A stretch of 63,873 nt of DNA, filler included, from Rhabdomonas costata (GCA_019059605.1; 58 parts of 58 records of this genome joined end to end with filler, not necessarily neighbours in it), one strand, 5' to 3'; numbered from the whole stretch's first letter, positions 23,163 to 36,871 are shown. Notes: generated by a model not told the origin, from the letters alone. Made by a program: numbers and translations.

Positions 23163-24148
23163 CACACACAGCACGCACGGGGGCTGGGCGGAGCTCACGG
23201 GTACCACGGGGACCGCCTCTCTGGTCACACTGTGCCGGTACATCCCAAGCGCTAGCAAAGCCGGGGCTACATCGCAGAAGGCCCGAACCTTCCGGCGGTT
23301 ATCAAGCCGCAGGGCATTGTAGAACTCCTTTGATCCAGAAAAGCAAACAGAAGATTGCATGTCGAAATGGTCCACAATGTGCAAAGGATAGATATTGCAT
23401 ACAGTAAACTCACTGTCATTTGGAATGGCAGTGAACTGAGGTGAACAGAATGCGAATGAAGCTACAAGACCCGCCCTTCATTCACTTAAACTACTGTATC
23501 CAAGAACTGCAACCACACAAAAGACAACGTTCCCTCAAAGGTAAGAGGGGTATACGTCCATCGTCGCCCCCATCAAATGGAATCTCCATTTTAGGGGAAA
23601 ATTCTTCTTCTTTCTTCAAGCTTTCTTTTACGCTTCGGGTACTCATTGCTTTGCTGCTGGAAAATAAAATAGAAAAAATCCCTCATGTCTTTCAGACATT
23701 CTGATGCATCGGAATAGAAGTAACAATGCATCAGAAGCCACCGAGGTTCCTTCTTGTAATATATCGGTCTGCTTAGTGCCCTGCTACTGCATGAACGTTT
23801 GTGTCGCAGTGCAGTGAAAACAATATAAAAATACATTCAGTGTAACTTCCAGTCCAAAGGCCAGTGCATATACAATAGCTAAAAAGGGAACTGTACTCCG
23901 AACAGAGCTCAGAGCTCCAGGCCTGAGCAGGTGTCCTTTGGGTAAGGCATCCGCTCGGCACAATGCCAAGCAAACCTTGCCATCCCGCCCACATCCCCAG
24001 ATGGTGAAGGTGTCCCAGCGGCAAAGAAGCTGCTCCTGAATCGCGGCCACGCGCAGAGCGAGAAGCTTTCTCCGGGGCATCCCCTTCGCGCAAGAGATTC
24101 CACCGTAGCGATACATCACCAGCGGAGCGTCCACCCGAAGCAGACGCC
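23163..24148 (-). CDS. B3GNTL1: B3GNTL1/QTGAL-like GT2 glycosyltransferase C-terminal region; exons 24148-23976 and 23327-23163
   Basis: Spliced LRVDAPLVMYRY…RVAAIQEQLLCRWDTFTIWGCGRDGK/EFYNAL…RKVRAFCDV…AQPPCVLCV parallels the B3GNTL1 motifs W..FTIW..G..G, KV.AFCDV and PP.V.CV. Confidence 0.85.
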
Positions 24149-25368
24149 CTGTCAAAAAACAAAACNNNNNNNNNNNNNNNNNNNNNNNNNNNNNNNNNNN
24201 NNNNNNNNNTTAATTAATTAANNNNNNNNNNNNNNNNNNNNNNNNNNNNNNNNNNNNNNNNNNNNGGGGGTGGGTGCATCAGCCAATCCCAGTCGCTCCT
24301 GCGGTGACGGCAGCATGACCAACACCCCGACAAGACGGGCTGGGGACTACATCACTTGGGCCACATGCCCGTACCCCGGTCCCCACGCTCCCGTTCACTA
24401 CAGCTGGGCTGATGCACCCACAGCTTATTGCGGAGCCCAAAGGGGGAGTGGGTGCCGGAACAAAAGTGACTGATGCGGTGGCGACGGAAGTGCCGCTCCC
24501 GCAGCGCGCGGCATAGCGGAGGAACGTCTCACAGAGATCCTCGCTTGCAGTCGGCTCAAGGGATGAGGCGGAATGCATCCACGGCCCCTGTTGCAGTGAT
24601 TGACGTTCGGGAAAAGCCTGGTTTTTGGATGGCGTGCCGCGGAATGAAATGCGCACACGGTACCAGCCTTGAGCGAAACGCCGTTGAGTATCTGTGCTTG
24701 GTGCTTGGAGGGCAGGTGTCAGAATGAAGGTGAGGCTTGCAAACGACTGTCTAAGACACAGTGCTTAACATCCACAGCTACTCGCCGCAAACCTGCAGAT
24801 TCTCTGGGTTTTGAGTGAATGGAAAAAACCACACACAAACCCAATCAGGCACTGCAGAAGAAATACTGCAAAAACCCTCTCAGTAGTGAAGCTGCATTCG
24901 GCTTCAGCATGGCTGCAAAAGAAAAACTTTCCGACGCAGCCTAGGAAGCCAATGGCAGCACTGGCAAGACCAGAGCAGTCACCAGTTGGGGAAAGAAAGG
25001 AGAGAACCAACACGATACCCGTGGGGACGACTGGCCCAGCATGGCCTGCACTGCGGCTTCCGTGGGGTCTTCGCGGGGCAGAGGCTGCCAGGCCACCAGC
25101 ACCCCTTTCTCAGGGGAAGAGGGCCGAAGCACCAGTCCAGGGATGAACTGCAGCCGACCATCCACCTGAGTGTGAAAATTATATCGGCGCGGCAGAGGCA
25201 GAGGCGTCACAAATTCACACTGCGGGCCGCCCGCAGTGTGAATTTGTGACGCCTCTGCCTCTGCCCCANNNNNNNNNNNNNNNNNNNNNNNNNNNNNNNN
25301 NNNNNNNNNNNNTTAATTAATTAANNNNNNNNNNNNNNNNNNNNNNNNNNNNNNNNNNNNNNNNNNNN

Positions 25369-25751
25369 GTTGTGTTGTACGGGATCAACCCTCACTTCAG
25401 CATGGCGTTTGACTCCCCTTTTATCGACTGGGTAGGGGAGTTCCCCGAACTGAAGTTTCAGCACCTGAAGTTTATCTACAACGGGGTGGCTGGATTCTCG
25501 GGCAGGCGCCGGCCCAGTGTGGCCCCGGGCGAACCGGGATCCCATGCGGACACCTTCTGGTACCTCATCAACGATGACCTTTCCCCAGACCTGTTTGGTC
25601 GCCAGAGCTTCCGCCGCCTGGGACCCCTGAACGACTCCTCGCCGCTCGCCTTCCTGACCTCGAACCGGGGAAGGTCGTTCATGATCTACCGGAACCCCGC
25701 TCACGGCCCTGCATTGCGGCGGCTGGGGCTACGGGCTGAGCATCTGGCGCG
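25369..25751 (+). CDS. Hypothetical protein exon, possibly glycosyltransferase-like
   Basis: Long GC3-rich frame (AFDSPFIDW…LTSNRGRS…NPAHGPALRRLGL) ending at donor GTGTCT. The product guess is weak. Confidence 0.6.
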
Positions 25752-27890
25752 GTGTCTGTGTGTGTTTGTGTGTGTACATTCCTATTCCTGCTCACATTTC
25801 CTGTTATACATTCCTGGCAACATCTTGGCGCAATTCTCGGACAGGGAGCAATAAGCATTGTTTGTGCACGCCCTCCGCACAACGACAATAAGGTTCTTTG
25901 AGGTTCCTTGAGTAACGACCGCCCCGCGCCTCCAAACAAGAGAAGCCCAAACTCCTAAAGAAAAAGCCTCAAGAGCCTAAACGGGAGCGAGGGGTTCCTG
26001 GGGCGATCACCCTGCAGCAGCCGGCCCCTCTATGTGAGGAAACAATTCCCGAACGAGGGCATTGTGTTCAAAGGCAAACGAGGCGAAAAGTGCAGTTGCC
26101 AAGGATCCATGGAAAGGAGCGGCAGAAGAATGTCCGGGCAAGGTAAGTAATAGGGGGGAGTTCCTTATAATGCGTATACACGTATAACCCCGTTATGCGT
26201 GTATAACGGTGGTTTGCATATAACGTCGTGATACGCATATGGCATTATACGACACTAAGCTCTGAAAAATCCCAGGTGACACGTGAATTGCAAACCTAAC
26301 CCCCTGCGAGACGAAATAACCTGGACAGAGTTGCCTTCATCCTAACGAGACCAGCGTGTTAGACCATGATANNNNNNNNNNNNNNNNNNNNNNNNNNNNN
26401 NNNNNNNNNNNNNNNTTAATTAATTAANNNNNNNNNNNNNNNNNNNNNNNNNNNNNNNNNNNNNNNNNNNNCCTTGGCTGGTGTGGGTGTGGATGGGGAT
26501 GGGGCATCTAGGGTGGCGGGCCTGTGGAGCGACATCAATCGGGGATACACCCAGGCGGTTATTTAGCAAGCTCAAATCAAATCATGCAATCAAAAAATGC
26601 AAGAACGCTTGAAAAAACACAACAATGATTTGGGTGAAAAAAAAACACAAAGCTGGGAAACTCTTTCTCCGGGCCCAAGTGCCTCGCATCTTCAAAAAGC
26701 GAAGGGCGAGTTCGCAGGGCCCGATGTATCACTAAGAGGCTAGCGGCAGCGGGCCCAGACGAGAAAAAAGCAACTAGTCAAACACTCAAAGGGGTTGCAA
26801 AAGAGCTCAAGTACTCGCCAGGAAATAGAAGAGCACAGTATGCTGACCGCAATGGCGCGGTGAGTGGTGCCAACTGTCCCTAAGCCAAAAACAAAAAAAA
26901 AATGCGGAAAACAGCGCAGTTTGGGATCCTGCTCGAGGAATACTGGAGGAAAGTGTCACTCACAGAGGCTATGGGGTAAGCAGCGCGGGCTGGCGGACCA
27001 CCATCTCTCTCTCGCTCTCGATCTGCACCGTTTACCTGATGGTAATTCCCAGCGAAGCAATCATCCATCGCAGCTTTCCACTCGGCGTTTTCAGCCCCAG
27101 CTCCAGCGGTCGCTCCCTGCCACAAAACATGGTGCTCATAAACGTACAAATCCTCCAGTTCCTTTCCCTCTTTTAGAGAGCAGGAGGTGAGGAGGTGGAG
27201 GATACTCTTCTTGGCAGGCACAACTTGACGGGACAGCCCAAGCGGCAAAAGCATAGCATGGATAGTCGGTTCCCAACCCGACACCTCAGCTATAGTTTTA
27301 ATCCCAGTGAGCACTAATCCAAAGATCCTCAGGACGTCCCACCATGGGTCATTTTCAGATGCGCCCCAAAAGGATAATCCCGAAACACTCGGTTGATGGG
27401 GACGGGCCAAAACTAAAAACTGGAAACGGATCATGATAGCGTCTGAGATTTTAGTTTTGGCCCGTCCCCACAAANNNNNNNNNNNNNNNNNNNNNNNNNN
27501 NNNNNNNNNNNNNNNNNNTTAATTAATTAANNNNNNNNNNNNNNNNNNNNNNNNNNNNNNNNNNNNNNNNNNNNGGGGGGGGTTTCTTGCAGCCTTTGGC
27601 TGTCCTTTGCAATCTGCACAAGGAACTTCTTCTTGATGAAATCATGACATACCAAGTCAAGCTTCCGTTGTTCAGGCCCCTTTACCCCAGAACAGAATGC
27701 GTCATACTCGCGCAGATTGCAAAGGACAGCCAAAGGCTGCAAGAAACTCCACCTCGGATAGCGCCTCACTCCCCCGCTCAGCCATGGTCTGCGGCTGACT
27801 TTCCACCCAAATTTGAGCGAATATGAGGTCCTCCCTTCGCGGAGCGATGCATCAGATGGCCTCCCAGCACTATTTCAGGCGGGCATTCAC

Positions 27891-28046
27891 CTGCACAGAG
27901 GTATAGTTCCTCTCGATGTGGCCGTGGTGGAGGGGCACCGGCCTCTGGCCTCGGATCGACGCCAGCTCCATGGCCCGCATCAGCACTCCATCCGCGGACA
28001 GTTGGTTAAGGTCTCGTTTCTCCTCTGCTCCGTTGAGGTAGAACCC
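27891..28046 (-). CDS. Mitochondrial ribosomal protein mL43-like exon
   Basis: TTCAG|GFYLNGAEEKRDLNQLSADGVL…L…G…TSVQ|GTGAAT fits the mL43 pattern YLNG…(N/T)xS(I/V)QG. 156 nt, phase 0. Confidence 0.65.
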
Positions 28047-28676
28047 CTGAACAAATCCAAAAGGGAGAGGATCCAGACACTCCGGAAAAGGTGGGTGGTA
28101 ATGTCTGACCCTGAAACAGACACTGGGTTGGCTCTCGCACAGACCCAACTGCAGAGCCGTCGTTCAGGCGAGGATGTCCACGCCCCTCGTGATTTCCTTT
28201 AAATTTTTGTTTTTATCCTTAAGTTTTATTTTGCTCATTACTCTTGACGCTTGGCGTTCTTGTCCTACAGCAGAACAGCAGAACAACGTGTCTGGAAACA
28301 CAACACCGATCCAACAATTCTCTTCACCTGCTGCAGCGACGCCCGATGCCAAACGAACCAAGGAAACTGCCATGGAGATTGCCAAAAAAAAAGTCAGCAA
28401 CGCTGAACGGGAGGAGTCAAGAGATAATGTACTTATCATAGAAAGAAACAGAACGCATGTGTGTCTGCGTGCGGACAAACGAAGAGCAGAAAGAAAAAAA
28501 AGAAGAAGAAGCACGCAGCTCTGCAAAAAAAGGAAAGGCACGAGTGCGGACGCTTCCTTCAGTCAAAAGTGTAGCANNNNNNNNNNNNNNNNNNNNNNNN
28601 NNNNNNNNNNNNNNNNNNNNTTAATTAATTAANNNNNNNNNNNNNNNNNNNNNNNNNNNNNNNNNNNNNNNNNNNN

Positions 28677-28846
28677 AGGAGAGCGGGAAGGAGGTGCTGC
28701 GGGAGGGCACCAGCCAGAGCAGCAAGGAGGAGGGCTCGGGGAAGTACCTCTTCCGCGGGCTTCGGGTTCGGGTGGGGATCCACACGGGGACGCCTGAGCT
28801 GGAGTACAACCCGCGCACCAACGGAGTGGACTACTTCGGGCCCGTG
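28677..28846 (+). CDS. Class III adenylate/guanylate cyclase catalytic exon
   Basis: LFRGLRVRVGIHTG…NPRTNGVDYFGPV|GTGTGT, the kinetoplastid-receptor/fungal style of cyclase motif. Confidence 0.9.
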
Positions 28847-29816
28847 GTGTGTTCATGTGTGTGGTCTGCTGGCGTGTTGTTTTTCACCAATTTTCTTGTG
28901 CATTAGATGGGGGAGAGGACGCCACAATCCGTCACAAAATGCTCTTCACTTTGACTTTGGCTCTGACTTTCGTTCTCTATGCACTTAGCTCTCTTTGGTT
29001 TGGTGCCAGCTGCTGACTGCTTTTTCTTGGGTGGGGGAGGAATGCCATTTGTACAAAGGTTGGGGTGGGCTTACACTCTTTGGTGGCTTTCCCTTTAAAA
29101 TGTGTTTGTTTCCGAGATTTACTGATCAATCTTTGTTTGCTTGGTTCACTTATTGACCAACCGTCAACTTCCCCGGAACCTCGAGAGCACCATATCCTGT
29201 ACCTCAACCTCGATCCATGGACACCTGTGTCACCCTGCGAGATCCATGTTATGCATCAGCGGACTTCCAGGAATTATCCTCTACACCGCAACTAATGCCG
29301 CTGTTTATCATTTTACCGCCCCTCCCTACCAACTACCCATGTGCCGATGGGTGGGTTTTTGCAAGGTGAGTTGTCACTGAATTTTTCGGTACCGTCTCTG
29401 ATCTCGAACATTTTTGACCGAAGGCTTCCTTGCCCAAGTTTTCCCAGTGAGTGTAAGCTTGATAAGCATGATAGTGATTGTAAGCATGGGGGGCCCCGAC
29501 CTCGCTGCGCTCGACCTCCACGCTACGCTACGTGCCAACGACTAAGGACCCACTACCAATACCCACTATGTCGTCACTATCGCTCCTCCTCCACCAATCG
29601 TAGAAATAGATGCATGAAATACCCACCTACCCTGAACTGAAGTGAAAAATGCCGCAGGGTGACCTTGGTTAACAACCACNNNNNNNNNNNNNNNNNNNNN
29701 NNNNNNNNNNNNNNNNNNNNNNNTTAATTAATTAANNNNNNNNNNNNNNNNNNNNNNNNNNNNNNNNNNNNNNNNNNNNAAGCAGCGAAGACACACAGCG
29801 GCGCCAGCAAACGCAC

Positions 29817-30750
29817 CCCTGAGGTCGTGCACGGCGACGTAGTCGTCGAAGCGCTTGCCAGACTCCTGGATCATCCGCACCGTGGTGGTGGTCAGGATGA
29901 ACTTCAGCTGAGTCGGCACGGGCAGGTTGGGGGTGGCCTTGGGGTCCCCGTGGTTCACCTTTCCTAGCAGAAAAGCAATCCGCACGCATACCCAGAGGAA
30001 GGCCTCCAGTTTGCACTTTTCTTGAGAACGATCACCATGTTGCAAAGGAAGGGTGCACCTGCAAGATATCCGCATAGGAAAAAGCACTGCTCTCGAGAGA
30101 GATGTGGGTGAGCGTGGGAGAAAAGATTGAAAGGCGCACACCGGCCCGCAGGTTCTCCAGCACGGAGCACATCAGGTGACGGGTGGGCGTGCCGTCGAAC
30201 ATGCCTGAGGATACCATGCACCGATCAGTACCAATCAATCAGTGCTCGTCGAGCAAAGTCCTCAATATGAAAAAAAAAAAGGGGGGGGGGATCATCATCA
30301 AGGACAAGAACCAAAAGGTATCCGTTACCAATGTCCCTCCGTCCCTGCCCCCTGTCCGCGTACAGTCCCGCTTTCATCTCATCATATCTGTGGTGGTCCT
30401 CAATCTGCATCCGCGGTCTCCCTTCTGAACGGTTAGTGCTGCTGCGCAGGTGTGTCGAAAGTGTCTTCGTCACTGAGGGGAAAGAGCAAACTGGGGTTAC
30501 GTGAGAATCTCTTGCTTGCTGGAGTCTTCCAGTCTTTGGAATGGGAAACCCAGGTTATTATGGATCGGGTCACCAGTTCTTCAGTGATTGCTTGAAAACG
30601 CGGTGAAGGAGAAGGCACATATTTGTTACTATTGCGGCGAAGGGCGGTTGATGGATGGGAAAAAGAGTGGTGGTGGGGCACGCACAGTGCTCGATCTGGC
30701 AGCCCATCTTGCCATTGCGGAAGACCACAATGGACACGGTCTTGTCGTAC
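29817..30750 (-). CDS. Carnitine O-acetyltransferase family; exons 30750-30686, 30204-30142, 29963-29817
   Basis: Spliced YDKTVSIVVFRNGKMGCQIEHCMFDGTPT…NLPVPTQLKF restores the catalytic EHxxxDG motif across a phase-1 intron. Confidence 0.9.
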
Positions 30751-33621
30751 CTGAAATCACAAACCCCCCCAAACACACCCACACNNNNNNNNNNNNNNNN
30801 NNNNNNNNNNNNNNNNNNNNNNNNNNNNTTAATTAATTAANNNNNNNNNNNNNNNNNNNNNNNNNNNNNNNNNNNNNNNNNNNNGTGGTTGTGTCCCAGT
30901 GGTGCGCGTGTGCGTCCTTGACTGGCTTGAGAGTCCGAATTTCCCTCATGTAGGATTCCCCCCCCCCGTAGTGTGGGTACAGTACCGTGGCTACCAGGTA
31001 TCTCTGGCTCCTAGCTAAAGAGCCACCTGAAGAGATACTGCCACCTGCTCCCCTGCTCCCTTCTTGCAAGTCCTCCCAATCTTCACGCTGCCTACGGCGC
31101 TGGGGCACCCTTGCTTAGCCCTCACAAATTTCCCGGTCCCCCCCTTCCCATCTCTATGGGTCGACTCCTTCACTGGGTGAATCCGCTATATGCCTGCTTT
31201 AGGCAGCTGATCACAGATCTCGGTGCACTCCACGGTACTTTCCCTTTGAGCAGCCTTTGTTAAAGACACATTCACAAATCACAACGTGAAATTTTCCGAT
31301 AATCATGACGAGAACCCCTGTCGTCTGACACCCTCTCGCACATGCATATTTCGTTCACACATGACCAGTGATAGGCAAGTTGTGGCTTTGTCACAGAAAG
31401 TGCTTTTTTAAGTTAGAGACGTGTGGGGTGATGTTATATGCTCCTTTACGCAACAGCTGGTACGCAGTTCAATGATATGCCCGTGGGGCGAGGGGCAGCA
31501 CACCGATGGCATGCATTTTACGCAGCACCTCAACCGCGGCCTTCGTACCCCCCGTGGATTCGGGGGCCTGCTTGAGCTGAGCCCCAATGCGGCACAGCGC
31601 CTGGAAAATGGGGAAGCAGGAGTGCGGGTCATCGGCAGATGCTGGGGCAGGGATGTAAGGAACGGCCCGCGTGATGTCAAAAGTGAAAAAATGCAGCTAA
31701 AACCAGCATCATCAGGAAAACGTCACCATATCTCATAAAAGGTAGCTCGAATCAGTTTCCATTGCATAAGAACTCCGCTCACGTGGTTTAGTAAGTCCTG
31801 TAAGTCCAAAAAGTAACATTTAAGCAACACCCTATATTCCAAGCATAGATCATCTCATAAGATGAGAGAGACGAAGTACACACCACCNNNNNNNNNNNNN
31901 NNNNNNNNNNNNNNNNNNNNNNNNNNNNNNNTTAATTAATTAANNNNNNNNNNNNNNNNNNNNNNNNNNNNNNNNNNNNNNNNNNNNGTTGTTGTTGGGG
32001 TGTCGGCTCAGGGAAGACATTGCTGAAGTCCGAGGGAAGGGGGGCGCACTGAATGATAACTGATATTGTTCGCAGGAAAGAGTAAACCAAAGAGTATCCA
32101 TCAGGGAATGCTGACAGGCGCAGGTTGGCACACCATTTGGGGCGAGTGAATGGGGGAAAGTGCAGGTGTGCGTTAATCTTTGGGAGAGTTCATACGAGCC
32201 GGGCAAAGAGCGAAGGTGCGCGTGATGCTTTTCTATTCGGGGGACGCAACGGTACAGTATATCCTGCTCAGGACGTTTTAGTATGCATTTTCGCATTTTT
32301 CCTGTCGAGACGTCATTATTCGCATGGGCTCGACACTGTGTATGAGTGTTGTGTGTGGATGAGGGGGCAGTGCACCGTGGAGGTAGTAGTTGTGGAGGAG
32401 GCTCCGGCCGAGGGTCCCAGCCCACGGCGCTGGTACTCCCCAAGCAGCAACATGGGCACAGGAGGGCTGACAGAGGAACTCGCACTGCTGGCCGGGGGGT
32501 CGACGCACAGCAGTGCGGAGAGGCTCCCCGAAAGCTCGATCCGCGAACTGGGGGTTTCCCAAAAGAGCACCCCCGTTTACACCACAAGAGCCACGGTAAC
32601 ACATCGCACGGGGGTTGCCGTCAAGTGAAAAGCAGCCGTGAGAAGAGACCTCCTTCAGATCAGTGCTACCTATGTTAGGCTATACCTAGCACTACGCTGA
32701 AGATTTCATTTTGTCGCTCCATCCTTCTTGCAGCACAGCCTCCCTATTGAGGAGGCGGGGCTTCTGGAACACCTTTCTATTTCTCAAGTGTTTGTACCCA
32801 ATCGTCACGCGGACACCCTCCCACTCAGCGCTTGCCATTGTGCTTTTTCCAGTTGCAGTCTCTTCTTTCATGAAAAAAAAAGGTTTTGGAGTACCTTGAC
32901 TCAGTGGGCTACACTCAAGCCTGGGCCGGGATCCCGGACGTGATGCCCTTCCCTGCGCTGGACTCTGAGCTTCCGTCGCCGATCGTGCTNNNNNNNNNNN
33001 NNNNNNNNNNNNNNNNNNNNNNNNNNNNNNNNNTTAATTAATTAANNNNNNNNNNNNNNNNNNNNNNNNNNNNNNNNNNNNNNNNNNNNCCCTCCCTCTT
33101 TGTCTTCAGTCCTAGTCGAGGGAGGGTCATGCAAAAGTTTGAATTTTGGTGTTTGAAGGTGTTAAAAGTTTAACTGTGATAAAAATTTACCCCCCTCCCC
33201 ATCCCATACAGCAGCCCCAATCTCGAGACCCCCCGCTCAGGGCATTGGGTGAGGGAATGATTGATGAATGCTGTCCAACTTGCCCACACCAAATTCCAGC
33301 AACAGGACACCTTCCATTGTTTTTCTTATCAGGTATCTGTTACCACTGGTAAACCGTTACTCCGGGCGGGTGGGGATTCTCTCTGTCACTCTTTCGGTGT
33401 ATGGCCCGCGTCACCTCAAAGTAAGAGGTGACAGTAGAAGGTCAAAATCAGCTTGAAAACACAAGAACAACCGATATGCACTGGAACCCAGTTTTTTTAC
33501 CACCCGTTTTAGCTTCTACGTCCGAAAACGCCTGATTTAGTGCACACTTTTGTAAGTTATGACTTTTTCAGGTGACGCGGACAATATTTGTTTGCTTTGT
33601 TTTTGTTGGTGTGCGGCGCAG

Positions 33622-33714
33622 CGGGCATCCTTCCGTACACCAGCTACGTGGGTGCCTCGCGTGAGCGCCTGGTGGACCTCAGCCTGCACGTCCTGCTGGC
33701 GATGCTGGACTACA
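33622..33714 (+). CDS. HID1-like exon
   Basis: GILPYTSYVGASRERLVDLSLHVLLAMLDY resembles the HID1 'G.PY…RE.LV…(Q/H)VL…LD' motif. Bounded by GCAG and GTATGC. Confidence 0.65.
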
Positions 33715-34436
33715 GTATGCCCAGACATATCATGCCATGCCTTCGCCCGGTGCTTTCTGAGTCGTCCGCGGCCGTTGCCAAAGGGACGGAAGGAAAGGGA
33801 CGTTTTAACTGTAACTGTACTTTTAAACAGCTAGGTTTGGGTGAAAGTTGGAGCGCAGTTCCGGGGGAATGGGTTATAATTGGAGTTGGCTTTGCATTAG
33901 TCTCTGCATAAGTCTGATGGAGCAAGGCAGGTTGCCGTTGGGCTGTGGCCCTGCTATTGCACTGGTTGAGTAGCGTTTACTACTCAACTATGCACATAAA
34001 AATGTTTTCCATTACCTTTCTCTTCTTCCATTTCGTAGAACCCCTTCGAAGGCGAAACATCGCTGAAACGAGAGCAACTTGACACAAAAACANNNNNNNN
34101 NNNNNNNNNNNNNNNNNNNNNNNNNNNNNNNNNNNNTTAATTAATTAANNNNNNNNNNNNNNNNNNNNNNNNNNNNNNNNNNNNNNNNNNNNTGTTGTTC
34201 GGTCCTGGCCGGCACGTGGATAAAAAATGTCGATCTGCTTTTGGCTCTGCAGGGAACCTGCCTTCGCCCCAGCTTTGGTAGCGGTCGTGGTGGTTTACTT
34301 TTGACTGGAGCTGTTTCCGGTGGATTAGTCTTTGGCCGGTACTTCGGCCCCCGCCCCCACCCCCATCCTTGCAATAGTTTGTCAGTCCTCTGCGCCGGGC
34401 TGTCCGCAAGGGGTGCTGTGTGGGTGCCCCTCACAG

Positions 34437-34757
34437 GAGCTTCAACTGCCTCTTCAAGCCCACCTTCTTCGGGAAGTTCGCGACATACATGGCGGCGCCA
34501 TTCGTGCTGGTGGGGCTGGTGATGGCCGGGTTTGCGCTGCGGCACTTCCTGCGCAAAGCCTATGGCCACCGCACCCACCTCTGGGACAACGTCGCCGCTA
34601 CCACCACGGTGATCCTGTACATCCTGTACCCCGTGCTGCTGCAGTGGGTGGCCTACGCCCACATCTGCCCTGACATCTACGGCACGGCGATGCTGCTGCA
34701 GGACCTTCGCCTGACCTGCAGCGGGGCGACCTACAACGGGTGGCTGGCCACAAGCTG
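34437..34757 (+). CDS. Multi-pass membrane protein exon (protist GPCR-related/7TM type)
   Basis: SFNC…two TM helices…LYILYP…C.DI.G…LLQDLRLTC. GC3-rich and bounded by ACAG and GTGAGT. Confidence 0.75.
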
Positions 34758-35360
34758 GTGAGTGGGCTGCGCTCGTGTTCCTTCCATTTTCAATCCTTGT
34801 TGTTTGTTCGTTCGACATATTGTCGAGCTGCCCTGGTCGTACCATCCTTGCAACCCCAAAGTGTGTGAATGCTTGAGTTCAAGAACCGCATGGGTTCTGG
34901 GCTGATCGTTGTTCGTGGTGGCAGTCGTGGTGGAGGTGGTGCGGCGGTTGCCCTTGCGGTGGCCGTGAAAAGAGATCGTGATTTGTTTGTTTGTTTGAGC
35001 GTGCACAGAGAGAGAGAGAGAGCACGGTTGTTGCCCGTTGGGTCTACCCGTCTTCGTGAGGTGGCAGACTCACACACACTCATGGTCCCAGGCGGCCTGC
35101 AAGTTTCGACGTTGCCCATTCGAACACCCAATGAGGAGCGTCCGGAACCAACCCGCGCAGACACAAACCCAGTTCTCAGTTCTCAGAGGAAAAAANNNNN
35201 NNNNNNNNNNNNNNNNNNNNNNNNNNNNNNNNNNNNNNNTTAATTAATTAANNNNNNNNNNNNNNNNNNNNNNNNNNNNNNNNNNNNNNNNNNNNGGGGT
35301 GTGAGCAAGCGCATCTCCTCTGATTGAATGTCCTTTCCCATCCCTTCCCCAGCATCGCAC

Positions 35361-36032
35361 CCTTGGCACTCTCCTGCTTCTCAAACCGCAGGCTGGTGAG
35401 CTCCTCTGCCAGCCGGGCGAGCTGCTGGTCGATCTCCCCGATCAATTTTTGTCGCTGTTCACCCCCAACGTTAAGAAAGAAAGATTTCGTTGATTCAGGA
35501 TGGGCGGTTAACACACGACTTGCTCGCTTTCGCATAAGTTAGTGATGGGGGCGTTTGCATGACCCACTTTCTGTGAGATATTAGACCTTCTGGGTATCGA
35601 GAGTGAGGAAGCGAATGTGCCGTTGCGCGAGCAAGCTAACTTCTAAGCGTGCATGTATGTTTGGGACCCGAGGGGGCAGGCGGTTGACCTTGGCCTGTTG
35701 TATGGTGAGCATACACCCCGGCTCCCCACAGTGCTATAGGGTCCATCGAGAGAGAGCACCTATAGGCAGTGAATGTATGCAAGAGACATCTTTTCTGTTT
35801 TCAACTTTTCATTCACGCCTTGCTTTCTTGCAGTTATCCTATTTTCTTGTCTTTGTCCTCGAACAACAAGGCGGCGAAAGCGGGCAACTCGGGTTGCGCC
35901 TCTTCCCACCCCACCCAAGAAACCAATGCAGACCTCTGCGACGGTGCGGTCGAGGCGCTCCAGCTCCTCAGTAGCGGTTTGGGCCTCCCCGCGGTGCCTC
36001 TCCACCTCCTCCTCCAGCTGTTGGTGCCGCTC
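35361..36032 (-). CDS. Coiled-coil protein; exons 36032-35934 and 35454-35361
   Basis: ERHQQLEEEVERH…LDRTVAE/RQKLIGEIDQQLARLAEELTSLRFEKQE, joined by a phase-0 GT-AG intron. Confidence 0.6.
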
Positions 36033-36871
36033 CTGCACACCACCGGGGGAAAAAGAATCCCGCAAAGCTGAAATCGAATCAAAGGTGACACCGAACCGCT
36101 AGCAATGCAACGTGGGCTCGAGGGCACCGCCATATATGCCAGCAGCTCGAGGCTCACCACACTTCAACAGGCACACCACGAGAGCAGGAAGACTGGCGAG
36201 GAGGAGGAGGAGGAGGAGGGCCTTGTCCACCCGATTCTCGTCCCCGGCACAGGTTGCACTTTTCACCTCGAGCTTCGGCTATCCATCGACACACCCCCNN
36301 NNNNNNNNNNNNNNNNNNNNNNNNNNNNNNNNNNNNNNNNNNTTAATTAATTAANNNNNNNNNNNNNNNNNNNNNNNNNNNNNNNNNNNNNNNNNNNNGG
36401 TGGTGGGTGTGTTTGGTGTGTGGGGGGATGCGATTAATTCGTAAACCAGCAAAAGTCGGGGGGGGGTTCAGTTTCTTGCTTTATCGTGGCCTGCGCTTTC
36501 TCCTTCCCACTCTGCTCTCCTTCGCGAGAGGCGGAAAACAGATTGAAGGAGGTGCCTACGCGGGTCTGCGGGTCTGCTCTATCGTAGTGCGGGGTTAAGG
36601 AGCACCGTACCACAAACGATGTACTCCTATAGCACACAAGAAGCCAAAAACTAAAATGTCCCAAATAAAAATGCACAAAGAGGATGACAGAACTTCTCTT
36701 TAGCTCGTTCAGAAAAGAACCGCTTGTTTCACGTTCGAAGCCAAAAATGCTTTGGTGTACACCTTTTGCGCCGAGCATTTCTGAGGTGCGGCGGGCAAAA
36801 TCTAAATGATGTCATTCGCAGGTGGCAGAACAGGTTGTACCCCACCTACCCAACCAACTGCACCCACACAC

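Noticed and set aside
25191..25268. Long GC-rich hairpin (terminator-like)
   Set aside because: It runs to the contig end, so a fold-back artefact is likely; the DNA is also eukaryotic.
27397..27750. Inverted repeats at 27397-27470 and 27581-27747
   Set aside because: In each case one arm is the contig terminus, consistent with template switching during amplification.
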